Of a stretch of DNA of 64,000 nucleotides, positions 51,563 through 63,784 are shown in pieces. The notes beneath the pieces are model-generated. The model searched no databases and was not told where the DNA came from. It saw only the letters and a list, made by a program, of their open reading frames with translations. Origin of the DNA: an uncultured Chloroflexia bacterium (lineage in GTDB: Bacteria; Chloroflexota; Limnocylindria; Limnocylindrales; CSP1-4); the NCBI GenBank assembly GCA_963704935.1, contig CAVPIF010000001.1, forward strand, positions 1,601,969-1,665,968, in the 5' to 3' direction. Positions within the stretch are counted from its first letter, which is position 1. Each line of letters begins with the position of its first letter. A program made the translations under genes and the position numbers.

Positions 51563-53062
51563 ATGAACCAGTCACGTTCGAGTCCGCGATTGCTCATCGC
51601 GATCGCGGGAATCGTCGCCATCGTGGCGGCGGCCTGCGGAAGCACCACGTCCAGCCCGAGTGCGGCATCGATCGCACCGACATCAGCCCCCTCGGCCGCG
51701 CCGGTGGCGACCCCCACGCCGGTCCTCGTGACCCCCGAGCCGATCCCGGTCGGACCTGGCCCCAACGGCGGGACCGTCGTCCGCTGGTTCATCGGTCTCG
51801 GAGCGGGCACCCAGCCCGCGCAGATCGGTCCCGAACAGGCGTTCATCAGTGCCTACAACGCGTCGCAGACGGACGTCTACATCCAGTACGAGATCGTCGA
51901 CAACACGCAGGCGGCGACGATCCTCAAGACGCAGATCGCGGCCGGGAACGCGCCGGACATCATCGGTCCGGTCGGCGTCGAGGGCCTCAACCTGTTCGCC
52001 GATCAGCTGCTCGACCTCAAGCCCCAGATCGCGTCGACCGGCTACCAGTCCACGGGTGTCGATCAGGCCCTGGTCGACTTCTTCAACTCACTGGGCCAGA
52101 ACGGTGCGACCGTCGGTCTCCCGTTCGCGGTCTACCCGTCCTTCATCTTCTACAACCAGGATCTCTTCGAGGAGGCCGACCTCCCGCTGCCTCCCACGAA
52201 GGTGGGCGACCTGTACGACGGCAAGCCCTGGGACCTCGACGCGCTCCGGACCCTGGCGATGAAGCTCACCGTCGACAAGAACGGCAAGGACGCGACCAGC
52301 CCGGACTTCGACGCGGCGAACATCGAGCAGTGGGGCTTCGAGTCCCAGTACATGGACAACTACAACGTCCGCGCCGAGACCGCATTCTTCGGCACCGGGG
52401 CCCTGATCGGTGCCGACGGCAAGGCCGTCGTGCCCGACCAGATGGCGCAGGGTGCGAAGTGGTACAACGACGGCGTCTGGAAGGATCACTTCATCCCGAC
52501 GGCGGCGCAGGTCACGAGTGATCTGCTGAGCGGTGGCAGCGAGTTCGCCTCCGGCAACATCGCGATCAACGAAGGACACACCTGGTTCACCTGCTGCGTC
52601 ACCCCGCCAGCGCCCAAGAAGCCCTTCAAGTTCGGGTTCGCCGTGCAGCCGACCGTCAATGGCACGATCACGTCACCGCTGCACGCGGACACCTTCAGCG
52701 TCCTCAAGACGACCAAGGTCCCCGACGCAGCGTTCAAGGCCCTCACCGCCATGGTGGCGTCGCCCGAGCTGCTGACGGCGTATGGAGCGATGCCCGCCGA
52801 CTCGACCAAGCAACAGGCCTGGTTCGACTCCATCGATGCCAACTTCCCCGGCATGAAGCTGAACTGGGATGTCGCGAAGGCGATGCTCGCCTACCCGGAC
52901 ATCCCCAACCATCAGTCCTATGTCCCCGACTACGCGTCGGTCCGGAGCGCCATGCAGGCCTTCGGCAACACGTATCGGACGACCGAAGGCCTGGACATGG
53001 ATGCTGAGCTCGCGAAGCTGCAGCAGACGCTCCAGGGCATCTTCGACGCCGCGACACCCTAG
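51563..53062 (+). CDS. Sugar ABC transporter substrate-binding lipoprotein (family 1 solute-binding protein)
   Basis: Lipobox IVAIVAAACGS. GGAGGAG RBS. 499 aa. Confidence 0.85.
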   Translation: MNQSRSSPRLLIAIAGIVAIVAAACGSTTSSPSAASIAPTSAPSAAPVATPTPVLVTPEPIPVGPGPNGGTVVRWFIGLGAGTQPAQIGPEQAFISAYNASQTDVYIQYEIVDNTQAATILKTQIAAGNAPDIIGPVGVEGLNLFADQLLDLKPQIASTGYQSTGVDQALVDFFNSLGQNGATVGLPFAVYPSFIFYNQDLFEEADLPLPPTKVGDLYDGKPWDLDALRTLAMKLTVDKNGKDATSPDFDAANIEQWGFESQYMDNYNVRAETAFFGTGALIGADGKAVVPDQMAQGAKWYNDGVWKDHFIPTAAQVTSDLLSGGSEFASGNIAINEGHTWFTCCVTPPAPKKPFKFGFAVQPTVNGTITSPLHADTFSVLKTTKVPDAAFKALTAMVASPELLTAYGAMPADSTKQQAWFDSIDANFPGMKLNWDVAKAMLAYPDIPNHQSYVPDYASVRSAMQAFGNTYRTTEGLDMDAELAKLQQTLQGIFDAATP

Positions 53063-53149
53063 GGGCGTTCGGCGACCGACTCCGCGGCCCCCTCGGACTT
53101 CCGGTCCGAGGGGGCCGACCGACAGGATGGACCACAAGGTTCGAACGAG

Positions 53150-54112
53150 ATGGCCGACACGATCGTCGAAGCCCAGCCGCCACCGACACAGACGCACCCC
53201 GGCCGCCCGACGATGACGCCATCCCGCCGCGAGGCGATCTGGGGACTGGCCTTCGTCGCCCCATGGATCTTCGGCTTCCTGGTATTCACGGTCGGACCGC
53301 TGCTGGCCTCGCTCGTCCTGTCCTTCACGGATTTCAACCTGGTCCGACCCGAGGTCACCCAGTTCGTCGGCATCGACAACTACGTTCGGATGGCGTCCGA
53401 CCCGCTCGTCATCGGGGGGCTCCTGGTCACCGTCAAGTTCGCCCTCATCGCGATCCCGACCACGATGATCGCCAGCCTGGGGATCGCGGTGCTCGTGAAC
53501 AGCCCGCGGCTCTTCGGCCGGAGTGGCTTTCGGACACTCTTCTACATGCCGATCCAGATCCCGCTGGTGGCCAGCACGCTCGTCTGGTTGGGGTTCCTGA
53601 ATGCCGAGACCGGCTGGCTGAACGGCCTGCTGGAGGTTGTCGGGATCCAGGGTCCGGACTGGACCAACGACACGACCTGGATCTACCCGGCCCTGACCCT
53701 CATCGGCCTGTGGGGTATCGGGAACTTCATGGTGATCAACATCGCCGGGCTGCAGTCCGTGCCCACGGAGCTGTATGAGGCGGCGCGGATCGATGGCGCC
53801 GGAGCGTGGAGCCTGTTCCGCCGCATCACCATCCCGTTGATGTCCCCGATCCTGCTCTACAACCTGGTGATCTCGCTGATCGTGACGTTCCAGTACTTCA
53901 CCCAGGCATACGTCCTCACCAACGGTCGCGGGGATCCGAACAACGCCACGCTCTTCATCAACCTCGTCCTGTTCCGCGACGCCTTCGTCAACAACCAGAT
54001 GGGCTACGCGTCCGCGATCGGCTGGCTGCTTTTCGTCATCGTGCTCGCCCTGACCCTGGCGCTGTTCGCCTTCAGTCGCGAGCGCGTCTACTACGCAGCG
54101 GGTGAGGAGTGA
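53150..54112 (+). CDS. Sugar ABC transporter permease (MalF/UgpA-like)
   Basis: EAA loop LYEAARIDGAGAWSLFRRITIPLMSP. Confidence 0.9.
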   Translation: MADTIVEAQPPPTQTHPGRPTMTPSRREAIWGLAFVAPWIFGFLVFTVGPLLASLVLSFTDFNLVRPEVTQFVGIDNYVRMASDPLVIGGLLVTVKFALIAIPTTMIASLGIAVLVNSPRLFGRSGFRTLFYMPIQIPLVASTLVWLGFLNAETGWLNGLLEVVGIQGPDWTNDTTWIYPALTLIGLWGIGNFMVINIAGLQSVPTELYEAARIDGAGAWSLFRRITIPLMSPILLYNLVISLIVTFQYFTQAYVLTNGRGDPNNATLFINLVLFRDAFVNNQMGYASAIGWLLFVIVLALTLALFAFSRERVYYAAGEE

Positions 54113-55191
54113 GCACGACCGCCGAGTCGCGACTGCCGGCGATCACGGACCGCAGCCCGATGGCCCGCGGTCAGCGCCGGTTCCTGGCGCGGGCGTCGAT
54201 CACGTTGCTCGCCGTGATGATCCTGAGCATGTTCCTGCTGCCGCTCCTGGCGATGGTCACCGCGTCGCTTCAGCAAGCGAGCCAGCGGACGACACCGGGC
54301 GCGCCGATCTATCCGGCGAGTCCCGCGACGGGCATCTATCAGGGCGAGGCGTTCGACATCTACGCCGTTCCCATCGACGGCGTCACCCGGGACCTGCTGC
54401 TCGTCAAGAAGGGACGGAACGAGAGCACGTTCATCGACCCGGCGGACCCCACCCAGACGCCGATCGTCTGGCAGGGCTCCTGGCGAACGCTCGAGCAGGC
54501 GTGGGAATTCGACGTGTACTTCGGGAACTTCGCCCAGGTCTGGACCGACCTGGACTTCCCGAGGCTGCTCTTCAACACGGCCGCCGTGGCCATCCTGAGC
54601 ACGATCGGGGCCGTGATGTCGTCGGCGCTGGTCGCCTACGGGTTCGCCCGGTTCCGGTTTCCGGGCAAGAACATCCTGTTCGTGATCCTCATCGCGACGA
54701 TCATCCTGCCCTTCCAGGTGACGCTCATCCCGACGTATACCGCCTTCACCACGTTGGGCTGGAATGGGACCTGGCTCCCATTGATCGTGCCGCACTTCTT
54801 CGCCAACGCCTTCAACGTATTCCTCTTGCGCCAGTACTTCCTGTCGATCCCCCGGGACCTGGACGAAGCCGCGACCATCGACGGGGCCGGGCCGTTCAGG
54901 ATCTTCCGCTCCGTGATCCTCCCCTTGTCGGTCCCGGCGATCACGGCGGTCACCCTCTTCCACTTCTTCTACTCGTGGAACGATTTCTTCCTGCCGCTCC
55001 TGTACCTGTCCGGCAAGCCCGAGCTGCAGACCCTGCCGATCGCCATCCAGCAGTACAACGCGCTGTTCGTGTCGCAGCCGAGCCTCATCCAGGCCTCGGC
55101 GTTGATGACCATGGCGGTGCCGGTGGTCGTGTTCTTCCTTGCCCAGGGTGCGTTCATGCGGGGCGTGGTCGTGACCGGCGTCGACAAATGA
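54109..55191 (+). CDS. Sugar ABC transporter permease (MalG/UgpE-like) with enlarged first external loop
   Basis: EAA loop LDEAATIDGAGPFRIFRSVILPLSVP. Confidence 0.85.
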   Translation: MSTTAESRLPAITDRSPMARGQRRFLARASITLLAVMILSMFLLPLLAMVTASLQQASQRTTPGAPIYPASPATGIYQGEAFDIYAVPIDGVTRDLLLVKKGRNESTFIDPADPTQTPIVWQGSWRTLEQAWEFDVYFGNFAQVWTDLDFPRLLFNTAAVAILSTIGAVMSSALVAYGFARFRFPGKNILFVILIATIILPFQVTLIPTYTAFTTLGWNGTWLPLIVPHFFANAFNVFLLRQYFLSIPRDLDEAATIDGAGPFRIFRSVILPLSVPAITAVTLFHFFYSWNDFFLPLLYLSGKPELQTLPIAIQQYNALFVSQPSLIQASALMTMAVPVVVFFLAQGAFMRGVVVTGVDK

Positions 55192-57491
55192 GCGAGCGAC
55201 CGTCCATCCCGCGCGCGGCGTGGACGCGCGGTATCGGCGTGCCCGCCGATCGGGTCGGCCACCCTCGGGTCCGCATACCGATGATCGACGACGGCGAGTT
55301 CGCCGGCGTGCCGCTCGGTGGACTCGGCACGGGGAGCATCGGACGCACGTATCGCGGCGACGCGGCGCGTTGGCATCTCGAAGTCGGCCAGCACCTCCAT
55401 CGACCCGTCGCGGCCGACGCGTTCTCCCTGTTCGTCGGCGGCCCGCACGGGCGGCAGGCCACGGTCCTCTCGGCGCTCCGATCCGACGAACTCCCGGCGT
55501 GGGGTTGGGATCTGCCGGTTGGCGGCGGCACGTATCACGCGCTGTTCCCGCGTGCCTGGCAGACGTTCGAGTCGGAGGTCGTCGGCGTACGCGCCATCGG
55601 AGAGCAGCTCTCGCCGGTCATCGCCGGCGATCTCACCCGGAGTGCGCTGCCGGTCGGGGCGTTCGACTGGTGGCTGGAGAACCCCGGACCCGACCCGCTG
55701 ACGGTCGGGCTCCTCTTCACCTGGGCCGATCCGCCGTCCGTTGACGGGACGATCCATGCGCGCCCGCACGAGGTCGTCCGGGCGGAGGGCGCCATCGGGG
55801 TCCGCTTCGGCGATCCCGGGGAGGGTGCGCCGACGGGGCTGCGCGGCTCGCTCGCCATCGCAGCCCTGGGCGGGGACGGGATCACCCTTTCGGCCCGGGC
55901 TGCGTTCGACCCGGTCGGGGACCGTGGGCTGTGGGCGGATTTCGCGGCGGACGGGCGGCTGGACGATGACGGTTCGCCCGGCGAGCGACGATCAGGGTCG
56001 CCGTCCGGTGGCGCGGTCGCGGCCACCGTGATCCTCGCTCCCGGTGGATCTCGATCGATCCGGTTCGCGCTGGCGTGGGACTTCCCCACGGTGGAGTTCG
56101 GTGCCGGGCGGCGATGGTGGAAGCGCTACACGCGCGATTGGGGTCGATCGGGCACGCGCGCCTGGGACCTGGCACGACATGCGCTGGAGGAGGCGCCGTC
56201 ATGGCGCGCGGCCATCGAAGCGTGGCAGGACCCGATCCTGAAGGACCCGGAGCGGCCGGCGTGGTACAAGGCCGCCCTCTTCAACGAGCTCTACTTCCTG
56301 GTGGACGGCGGCTCGTTCTGGGAGCACGGCGAGGTGGGCGGAGCCGAGCCCGATCCGAATGACAGCGGGCGGTTCGCCCTGCTCGAATGCGTCGACTACC
56401 CCTTCTACGACACGGTCGATGTCGACTTCTACGCGTCCTTCGCCGTCCTGGAGTTGTTCCCGGAGTTGGAGCAGCGGGGCATCCGCGATCTGCTCGACGC
56501 GATTCCCGTGGACCTGCCGGAGATCGTCACGTTCGAGGCGAGCGGGTCCCGTGCTCCACGAAAGATCGGCGGTACGGTTCCGCACGACCTGGGCGGCCCG
56601 GCCGACGATCCGTTCCATCGTCCGAACTGGTACATCTTCCAGGACGTCAGCGACTGGAAGGACCTGGGCCCGAAGTTCGTGCTCCAGGCATGGCGCGATG
56701 CGGTCGCGGCCGGCCCCGCGGCGGACGCCCTGATCCGCGACGTCTGGCCGACGGTCCATGACGTCCTGACTCGGCTGTCGTCGAGGGATCGGGACGGGGA
56801 CGGGCTGCCCGAGCACGACGGCCTCCCGGATCAGACCTACGACACCTGGCCGATGGCGGGGCCGTCGGCGTATGGAGGGTCCCTCTGGCTGGCGGCCGTC
56901 GCCGCGGCTGTGGCGATGGCGACCCGGCTGGGCGACCACGAGGCGGCCGTCCATTGGGCAGGGTGGCTCGAGCGCGGACGGGTCGCGTTTGACCGTCGAT
57001 TGTGGCGGGGCGACCACTACGCGTACGACGACGGCGGCGGCGCAAGTTCGGATTCCATCATGGCCGACCAGCTGGCCGGCCAGTGGTACGCCGATGTGAC
57101 CGGGCTCGGCGACATCTTCGCGCCTGACCGAGTGGAGACGTCGCTCCGAACGATCCACGCGATGAACGTGCGCCGTTTCGAGGGCGGGTCGATGGGGCCC
57201 GTCAACGGCATGCGCCCGGATGGGTCCGTCGACGATTCGAGCGAGCAATCGGCGGAGGTGTGGGTCGGGACCGCGTATGCGCTCGCCGCCCTGATGATCG
57301 GGCGCGGGCTGGTTGAAGAAGGATGGGAAACGGCCCGCGGGGTAGCCGCCGTCACCTATGAACGGGGCCTCTGGTTCCGAACGCCGGAGGCATTCGACCG
57401 CGCGGGGAACTTCCGGGCGGCGATCTATCTGCGGCCACTGGCCATCTGGGCAATCGAAGAGGCCCTCCGCCGGGTCCGTACCGCCGACTGA
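55188..57491 (+). CDS. GH116-family beta-glucosidase (GBA2/glucosylceramidase-type, 767 aa)
   Basis: ATG at 55188 overlaps the permease stop. Motifs GVPLGGLGTGSIGRTYRGD..WHL and DGLPEHDGLPDQTYDTWPMAGPSAYGGSLWLAA. The upstream part of track ORF 54102..57491 is out-of-frame overlap. Confidence 0.8.
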   Translation: MSERPSIPRAAWTRGIGVPADRVGHPRVRIPMIDDGEFAGVPLGGLGTGSIGRTYRGDAARWHLEVGQHLHRPVAADAFSLFVGGPHGRQATVLSALRSDELPAWGWDLPVGGGTYHALFPRAWQTFESEVVGVRAIGEQLSPVIAGDLTRSALPVGAFDWWLENPGPDPLTVGLLFTWADPPSVDGTIHARPHEVVRAEGAIGVRFGDPGEGAPTGLRGSLAIAALGGDGITLSARAAFDPVGDRGLWADFAADGRLDDDGSPGERRSGSPSGGAVAATVILAPGGSRSIRFALAWDFPTVEFGAGRRWWKRYTRDWGRSGTRAWDLARHALEEAPSWRAAIEAWQDPILKDPERPAWYKAALFNELYFLVDGGSFWEHGEVGGAEPDPNDSGRFALLECVDYPFYDTVDVDFYASFAVLELFPELEQRGIRDLLDAIPVDLPEIVTFEASGSRAPRKIGGTVPHDLGGPADDPFHRPNWYIFQDVSDWKDLGPKFVLQAWRDAVAAGPAADALIRDVWPTVHDVLTRLSSRDRDGDGLPEHDGLPDQTYDTWPMAGPSAYGGSLWLAAVAAAVAMATRLGDHEAAVHWAGWLERGRVAFDRRLWRGDHYAYDDGGGASSDSIMADQLAGQWYADVTGLGDIFAPDRVETSLRTIHAMNVRRFEGGSMGPVNGMRPDGSVDDSSEQSAEVWVGTAYALAALMIGRGLVEEGWETARGVAAVTYERGLWFRTPEAFDRAGNFRAAIYLRPLAIWAIEEALRRVRTAD

Positions 57492-57517
57492 CGGCCGCGC
57501 GGGCGCGTCAGCGACAC

Positions 57518-58402
57518 CTAGTCCTGCGCGAGCGCCTGCTGGCGCCGCTCCATCATTCGCCAGATGATCGGAGTGAAGATCAGCTGCATGGCCAGGTCCA
57601 TCTTTCCGCCGGGGCACACCAGCGTGTTCGGCCGCGACATGAACGAGTCGTGGATCATCGAGAGCAGGTAGGGGAAGTCGATGCCGTGCGGGTCCCGGAA
57701 GCGGATGACGAGGAAGCTCTCGTCGAGCGTCGGGATGAACCGGGCGATGAACGGATTCGACGTATCGACCACCGGCACGCGCTGGAAGTTGATGTGCGTC
57801 CTGGTGAATTGCGGCGTGATGTAGTTCACGAAGTCGGGCATCCGCCGCAGGATCGTCTCGGTCACAGCCTCGGTCGAGTAGCCCCTCGTCGACTTGTCGC
57901 GGTGGATCTTCTGGATCCACTCGAGGTTGATGACGGGCACGACGCCGACCAGGAGGTCGGGATGTTGGGCGACGTTCGCCGCGTCGGTCGCCACCGCGCC
58001 GTGCAGGCCCTCGTAGAACAGGAGGTCCGTGTCGGCGGGAATGTCCACCCAGGGGGTGAATGTGCCAGGAGACTGACCGTATGGAGCCGCCTCATCCTCG
58101 TCGTGGAGGTACGTCCGCAGCCGGCCGCTCCCGTCGGCGCCGTAGTCGTGGAAGAGCGTCTCGAGTTCCTCGAAGAGGTTGGCAGCCGGACCAAAGTGGC
58201 TGAACGAGTGATTGCCGGCTGCGGCCTCCTCCGCCATCCGCTGGGCCATCTCAGCCCGGTCGTAACGGTGGAACGCGTCACCCTCGACGAACGCGGCAGT
58301 CAAGCCGTCGCGGCGGAAGATCTGTCCGAACGTCTTCGAGACCGACGTGGTCCCGGCGCCGGACGACCCGGTGACCGCGATGATGGGATGTCGTGTCGAC
58401 AC
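57518..58402 (-). CDS. prk: Phosphoribulokinase
   Basis: HPIIAVTGSSGAGTTS...EGDAFHRYDR. GTG start with AGGAGA 5 nt upstream. Confidence 0.9.
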   Translation of the reverse strand: MSTRHPIIAVTGSSGAGTTSVSKTFGQIFRRDGLTAAFVEGDAFHRYDRAEMAQRMAEEAAAGNHSFSHFGPAANLFEELETLFHDYGADGSGRLRTYLHDEDEAAPYGQSPGTFTPWVDIPADTDLLFYEGLHGAVATDAANVAQHPDLLVGVVPVINLEWIQKIHRDKSTRGYSTEAVTETILRRMPDFVNYITPQFTRTHINFQRVPVVDTSNPFIARFIPTLDESFLVIRFRDPHGIDFPYLLSMIHDSFMSRPNTLVCPGGKMDLAMQLIFTPIIWRMMERRQQALAQD

Positions 58403-58411
58403 CTTGATCTC

Positions 58412-59569
58412 CTACGATGCGTCGCGGAACAGGCCGCGCGAGCCGAATAGGGGGGCGTCAAGCAGCCGCTCGTTGTGGTCTCGGTGGTACTGCTCGATCC
58501 GCTCGACCTCCGTGCGGGCGCCGAAGACGAAACCCGTCCGCTGATGCAGACGCTCAGGTTGGACCTCCAGGATCGGGCCATAGCCAGTACTGGCTCGTCC
58601 ACCCGCCTGCTCGATCAGGAACCCGATCGGGTTCGCCTCGTAGAGGAGGCGAAGCTTGCCGCGTCGCCCGTGCTGTCTCGTGTCCCTCGGATACAGGAAC
58701 ACCCCGCCGCGCATGAGGATCCGATGCGTCTCAGCCACGAGCGAGGCGACCCAGCGCATGTTGAAGTCCTTTCCGCGGGGACCACTCTTGCCGGCGAGAC
58801 ACTCATCGACGTAGCGCACGACGGCCGGCTCCCAGAACCGCGCATTCGACGAGTTGATCGCGAATTCGCTGGCGTGCTCGGGCACGGTGAGGTTCGGATG
58901 GGTCAGGATGAATTCGCCGATCTCGCGGTCCAGCGTGAAGCCGCAGACGCCGCGCCCGAAGGTCAGGACGAGCATCGTGGACGGTCCGTAGATCGCGTAC
59001 CCGGCACACACCTGGCGCGCGCCCGGTTGGAGGAAGGCGGCCTCGCCGGGTTCGGTGACGCCCTCGGGACAACGGATCACCGAGAAGATCGACCCCACCG
59101 AGACGTTGACGTCGATGTTCGACGAGCCATCGAGGGGATCGAACGCCAGGAGGTACCGGCCGCGCGGGAATTCGTCCGGGATGCGATATGGCTCGTCCAA
59201 CTCCTCGGAGGCCATGCCCGCGAGGGACCCTCCCCACTCGTTCGTCCGAAGGAAGATCTCATTGGCAAGGACGTCGAGCGTCGCCTGTTCCTCTCCCTGG
59301 ACGTTGGACGTCCCCGTCTTGCCGAGCGCCCCCGCGAGCGCGCCTTTGCCGACGAGGTAGGCGATGCGCTTGCAGGCCAGGCGGAGGTCATTGACGATGG
59401 CCGTCAACTCGCCCGTCGCGGACGGGATCCGGCGCTGCTCGCCGATGATGAACTCCGTGAGTGTCTTCCTATGGACCAACTTGTCCTGGCCTCGTATCCC
59501 TGAGCCGGCGGTCCTGTCCCGGTGCCCCGCTTCCGGCGGCGTGAGGCTCCGGGCCGGTGGTTCGAGCAT
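58412..59569 (-). CDS. fbp: Class 1 fructose-1,6-/sedoheptulose-1,7-bisphosphatase (CbbF-type)
   Basis: TLTEFIIGEQRR...GELT..., GSSNIDVNVSVGSIF, YEANP. The ATG at 59569 overlaps the cbbX stop (TGATG). An alternative TTG at 59479 gives 355 aa without the unusual 30-aa N-terminal extension. Confidence 0.85.
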   Translation of the reverse strand: MLEPPARSLTPPEAGHRDRTAGSGIRGQDKLVHRKTLTEFIIGEQRRIPSATGELTAIVNDLRLACKRIAYLVGKGALAGALGKTGTSNVQGEEQATLDVLANEIFLRTNEWGGSLAGMASEELDEPYRIPDEFPRGRYLLAFDPLDGSSNIDVNVSVGSIFSVIRCPEGVTEPGEAAFLQPGARQVCAGYAIYGPSTMLVLTFGRGVCGFTLDREIGEFILTHPNLTVPEHASEFAINSSNARFWEPAVVRYVDECLAGKSGPRGKDFNMRWVASLVAETHRILMRGGVFLYPRDTRQHGRRGKLRLLYEANPIGFLIEQAGGRASTGYGPILEVQPERLHQRTGFVFGARTEVERIEQYHRDHNERLLDAPLFGSRGLFRDAS

Positions 59570-60510
59570 CAGGACTTCTCGTCTCCGGCGTTGCCGAAAA
59601 CGCGGCTGACGCGGATATCCTCGGCCTCGATGGTCATCAACTCATCGCGCGTGAGCCGCGCGCCGCGACGTGCGAACAACCTGTTCGCCTGGCGCAGGCG
59701 CGCCCGATCGAGCGCGTTCCGGATGGATCGGGCATTGGCGAAGTTCGGCTGCGCACGCCGGAGCGCGATGTACTCGACGAGCGCCGGCAGGGCGCTGTCG
59801 GACAACCGGTATTGCATCTGGACCAGCATCAGCTGCGCGATGGCCAGGAGTTCTTCGGGCGTGTAGTCGGGGAAGTCGATGTGATGGGCGATCCGTGAGC
59901 TCATCCCGGGATTGCTCTGGAAGAACTGATCCAGCCGATCCTTGTATCCGGCCAGGATCACCACAAGGTCGTCTCGCTGGTTCTCCATCACCTGGAGCAG
60001 GATCTCGATCGCTTCCTGGCCGTAGTCGCGTTCGTTCTCGGGGCGGTGCAGGTAGTACGCCTCGTCGATGAACAGGACGCCGCCCATCGCGCGCTTGAGG
60101 ATCTCCTTGGTCTTGGGCGCGGTATGCCCGATGAACTGGCCGACAAGGTCGTCCCGGGTGACCGCCACGAGATGGCCCTTCCGGACGTAGCCCAGGCGGT
60201 GGAGGATCTCGGCCATCCGGAGCGCGATGGTCGTCTTGCCGGTGCCCGGGTTACCCGTGAAGCTCATGTGCAGGGACGGCGGCCCGGCGGAAAGGCCCAC
60301 CTGCGTGCGCAGCTTCTCCACGAGGAGCAGCGCGGCGATCTCACGGATCCGGGTCTTCACCGGGACGAGACCGACCAGCTCGCCGTCGAGCGTGGCGAGG
60401 AGCTCCTCCACCCCGGAACCTGCCAGCGCGGCACCCAGGTCCAGCGGCGGGGCTGCCACCTCCGGGCCGGCCTCGTTGGGCGGATCGTCCGGCATGGTCA
60501 TCGTCTTCAC
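59569..60510 (-). CDS. cbbX: CbbX, red-type RuBisCO activase (AAA+)
   Basis: [55 protein letters not shown] overlap with cbbS. Confidence 0.9.
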   Translation of the reverse strand: MKTMTMPDDPPNEAGPEVAAPPLDLGAALAGSGVEELLATLDGELVGLVPVKTRIREIAALLLVEKLRTQVGLSAGPPSLHMSFTGNPGTGKTTIALRMAEILHRLGYVRKGHLVAVTRDDLVGQFIGHTAPKTKEILKRAMGGVLFIDEAYYLHRPENERDYGQEAIEILLQVMENQRDDLVVILAGYKDRLDQFFQSNPGMSSRIAHHIDFPDYTPEELLAIAQLMLVQMQYRLSDSALPALVEYIALRRAQPNFANARSIRNALDRARLRQANRLFARRGARLTRDELMTIEAEDIRVSRVFGNAGDEKS

Positions 60511-60926
60511 CGATAGCGCTCGCCTTCGGGCTCGTCCAGCGCGTACGAGCGAATCGTATATCGGATCGCCCGGCCGGCCGCCTCTTCGCGGACCAGCACG
60601 AAGCCCGGTTCGCGATCGGGCCTGTTGACGATGAAGGACAAGCGGAGTGACTCGACCCCTCGCGTCGAATCGAACGCATTGACCTTGATGTAGCGCTCCG
60701 GGAACGCCTTGCGCGCGCTTTCGATCTCCAGGATCACGCCGGCCGCGTCGTGCAGGTCGAACATCGGCATCCCGAACATCTCCCAGTATGTGTTCCGCGG
60801 ATGCGGATCATCGGTGTACTCGATCGACATGGCCCAGCCCTGGGTCAGGCAGTACTCGATCTGGCTCCTGATCTGGTCATCCGTCAGGTCGGGCAGGAAC
60901 GAGAACGTCCCTTGCGTGATCCTCAT
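60507..60926 (-). CDS. cbbS: RuBisCO small subunit (red-type form I)
   Basis: [52 protein letters not shown]. Trimmed from track ORF 60507..61547. Confidence 0.9.
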   Translation of the reverse strand: MRITQGTFSFLPDLTDDQIRSQIEYCLTQGWAMSIEYTDDPHPRNTYWEMFGMPMFDLHDAAGVILEIESARKAFPERYIKVNAFDSTRGVESLRLSFIVNRPDREPGFVLVREEAAGRAIRYTIRSYALDEPEGERYR

Positions 60927-60937
60927 CGCGGCATCCC

Positions 60938-62584
<1,647 letters not shown>

Positions 62585-62599
62585 CTAGTCGAGCCGCTG

Positions 62600-62660
62600 G
62601 ATGCTGTCTAATGCATCTTCATCATCAACGGCATCGAGTATGCGAATACATCGATCCGCG
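62600..62660. promoter_or_regulatory. AT-rich (about 45% GC) patch with short dyads upstream of cbbL, candidate cbb promoter / CbbR-binding region
   Basis: GATGC-n8-GCATC at 62600-62617, plus the imperfect dyad TCGAGTAT-gcga-ATACaTCGA. It lies 190-250 nt upstream of the cbbL ATG, just after the cbbR stop. Confidence 0.3.
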
Positions 62661-62686
62661 AAGAGACGACTTCACCGCTCCGACGA

Positions 62687-63655
62687 TCACTCCGTGGCGA
62701 TGTGCCCGCCGATGGACCCGCGCCAGTGCGCTTCGCCGATGAACCGAGCGAACGCCGCGGCCGCGGGGGAAAAGAGCTTGTCGCGCGCGAAGAACATGTG
62801 CCACTGTCTTCGAAGGGGAAAGCCCTCGAGCGGGATCTCGACGAGCAGGCCGATCTGGATCTCAAGCGAGGCCGCGAAACGCGAGACGACCGATACGCCG
62901 AGGTCCTGGGCAACCGCTCGTTTGATCGCGCCGTTGCTGGCAAGCTCCATGATCGGCCGCAGCGAATGGCCTGCCCCGCGAAACGCCGCCTCGGTCGTTT
63001 CTCGGGTCCCTGAGCCGGGCTCGCGCCCGATGAACGGCAGCGCCGCGAACTCGGCCAGTGTGACCCGCGACAAACCCGCAAGCCGGCTGCGCGGCGAGGC
63101 GATCGCGATCAGTTCGTTGGCGAGGAACGGCTCGACGACGAGCGGGATCGGCGCAGGGTCCCACGTGCGCCCCCCGAACGCGAAATCCACCTCGTTCGCC
63201 ACGAGGCGGCCCAGAACGTGCTGCCGGTTCCCGATGTCGAGGCGAAGATCGATGCCCGGATGTTCGCTGCGGAATGCTCCCAGGACGTCCGGCAGTACAT
63301 AGATGCCGACCGTGGTGTCGGCGACGACGCGCAACGAACCCCGACGCAGATCCTTCAGCTCGTCGAGGTCGGCCCTCGCCGCTTCGAATTCGGAGAGGAT
63401 TCGACGGGCATGACCGTCGAGGATCTCGCCCGCGGCCGTGAGCTGGACTCGCCGGCCGACGATCTCCACGAGCGGGACGCCGAGCGCCAGCCGGAGAGCC
63501 TTGAGTTGGTGAGACACGGCGGGCTGGCTCAGACCCAGGGATTCGGCCGCCCGAGAGAAGCTCGCATGATCAGCCACGGCGACGAAGAGCCGGAGCTGGT
63601 GAACCGTCGCGAGTTGGTCCGGCCCGATGGCCGTCCGTCGGTCGTCGTCGCTCAT
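62687..63655 (-). CDS. cbbR: LysR family transcriptional regulator, CbbR-like (322 aa)
   Basis: ATG at 63655 (MSDDDRR) within track ORF 62687..63751. HTH sequence LRLFVAVADHASFSRAAESLGLSQPAVSHQLKALR. Confidence 0.8.
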   Translation of the reverse strand: MSDDDRRTAIGPDQLATVHQLRLFVAVADHASFSRAAESLGLSQPAVSHQLKALRLALGVPLVEIVGRRVQLTAAGEILDGHARRILSEFEAARADLDELKDLRRGSLRVVADTTVGIYVLPDVLGAFRSEHPGIDLRLDIGNRQHVLGRLVANEVDFAFGGRTWDPAPIPLVVEPFLANELIAIASPRSRLAGLSRVTLAEFAALPFIGREPGSGTRETTEAAFRGAGHSLRPIMELASNGAIKRAVAQDLGVSVVSRFAASLEIQIGLLVEIPLEGFPLRRQWHMFFARDKLFSPAAAAFARFIGEAHWRGSIGGHIATE

Positions 63656-63784
63656 GCAGCGCACTGCGATGGTTTCCCACTTCCCATTCAGCCATTCTAT
63701 GAGGCCGGCGCTAGCAGACGCTCGGGATCGCGGGCTGGTCGGGTGATCCATCTCGCGCCGCCTGCATCAACGAGGAGGCTCGAT

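Noticed and set aside
54102-55187. N-terminal 360 aa of the 1129-aa ORF containing GH116
   Set aside because: It overlaps the MalG-like permease, which has a clear EAA loop, in another frame. The GH116 N-terminal domain begins at the ATG at 55188.
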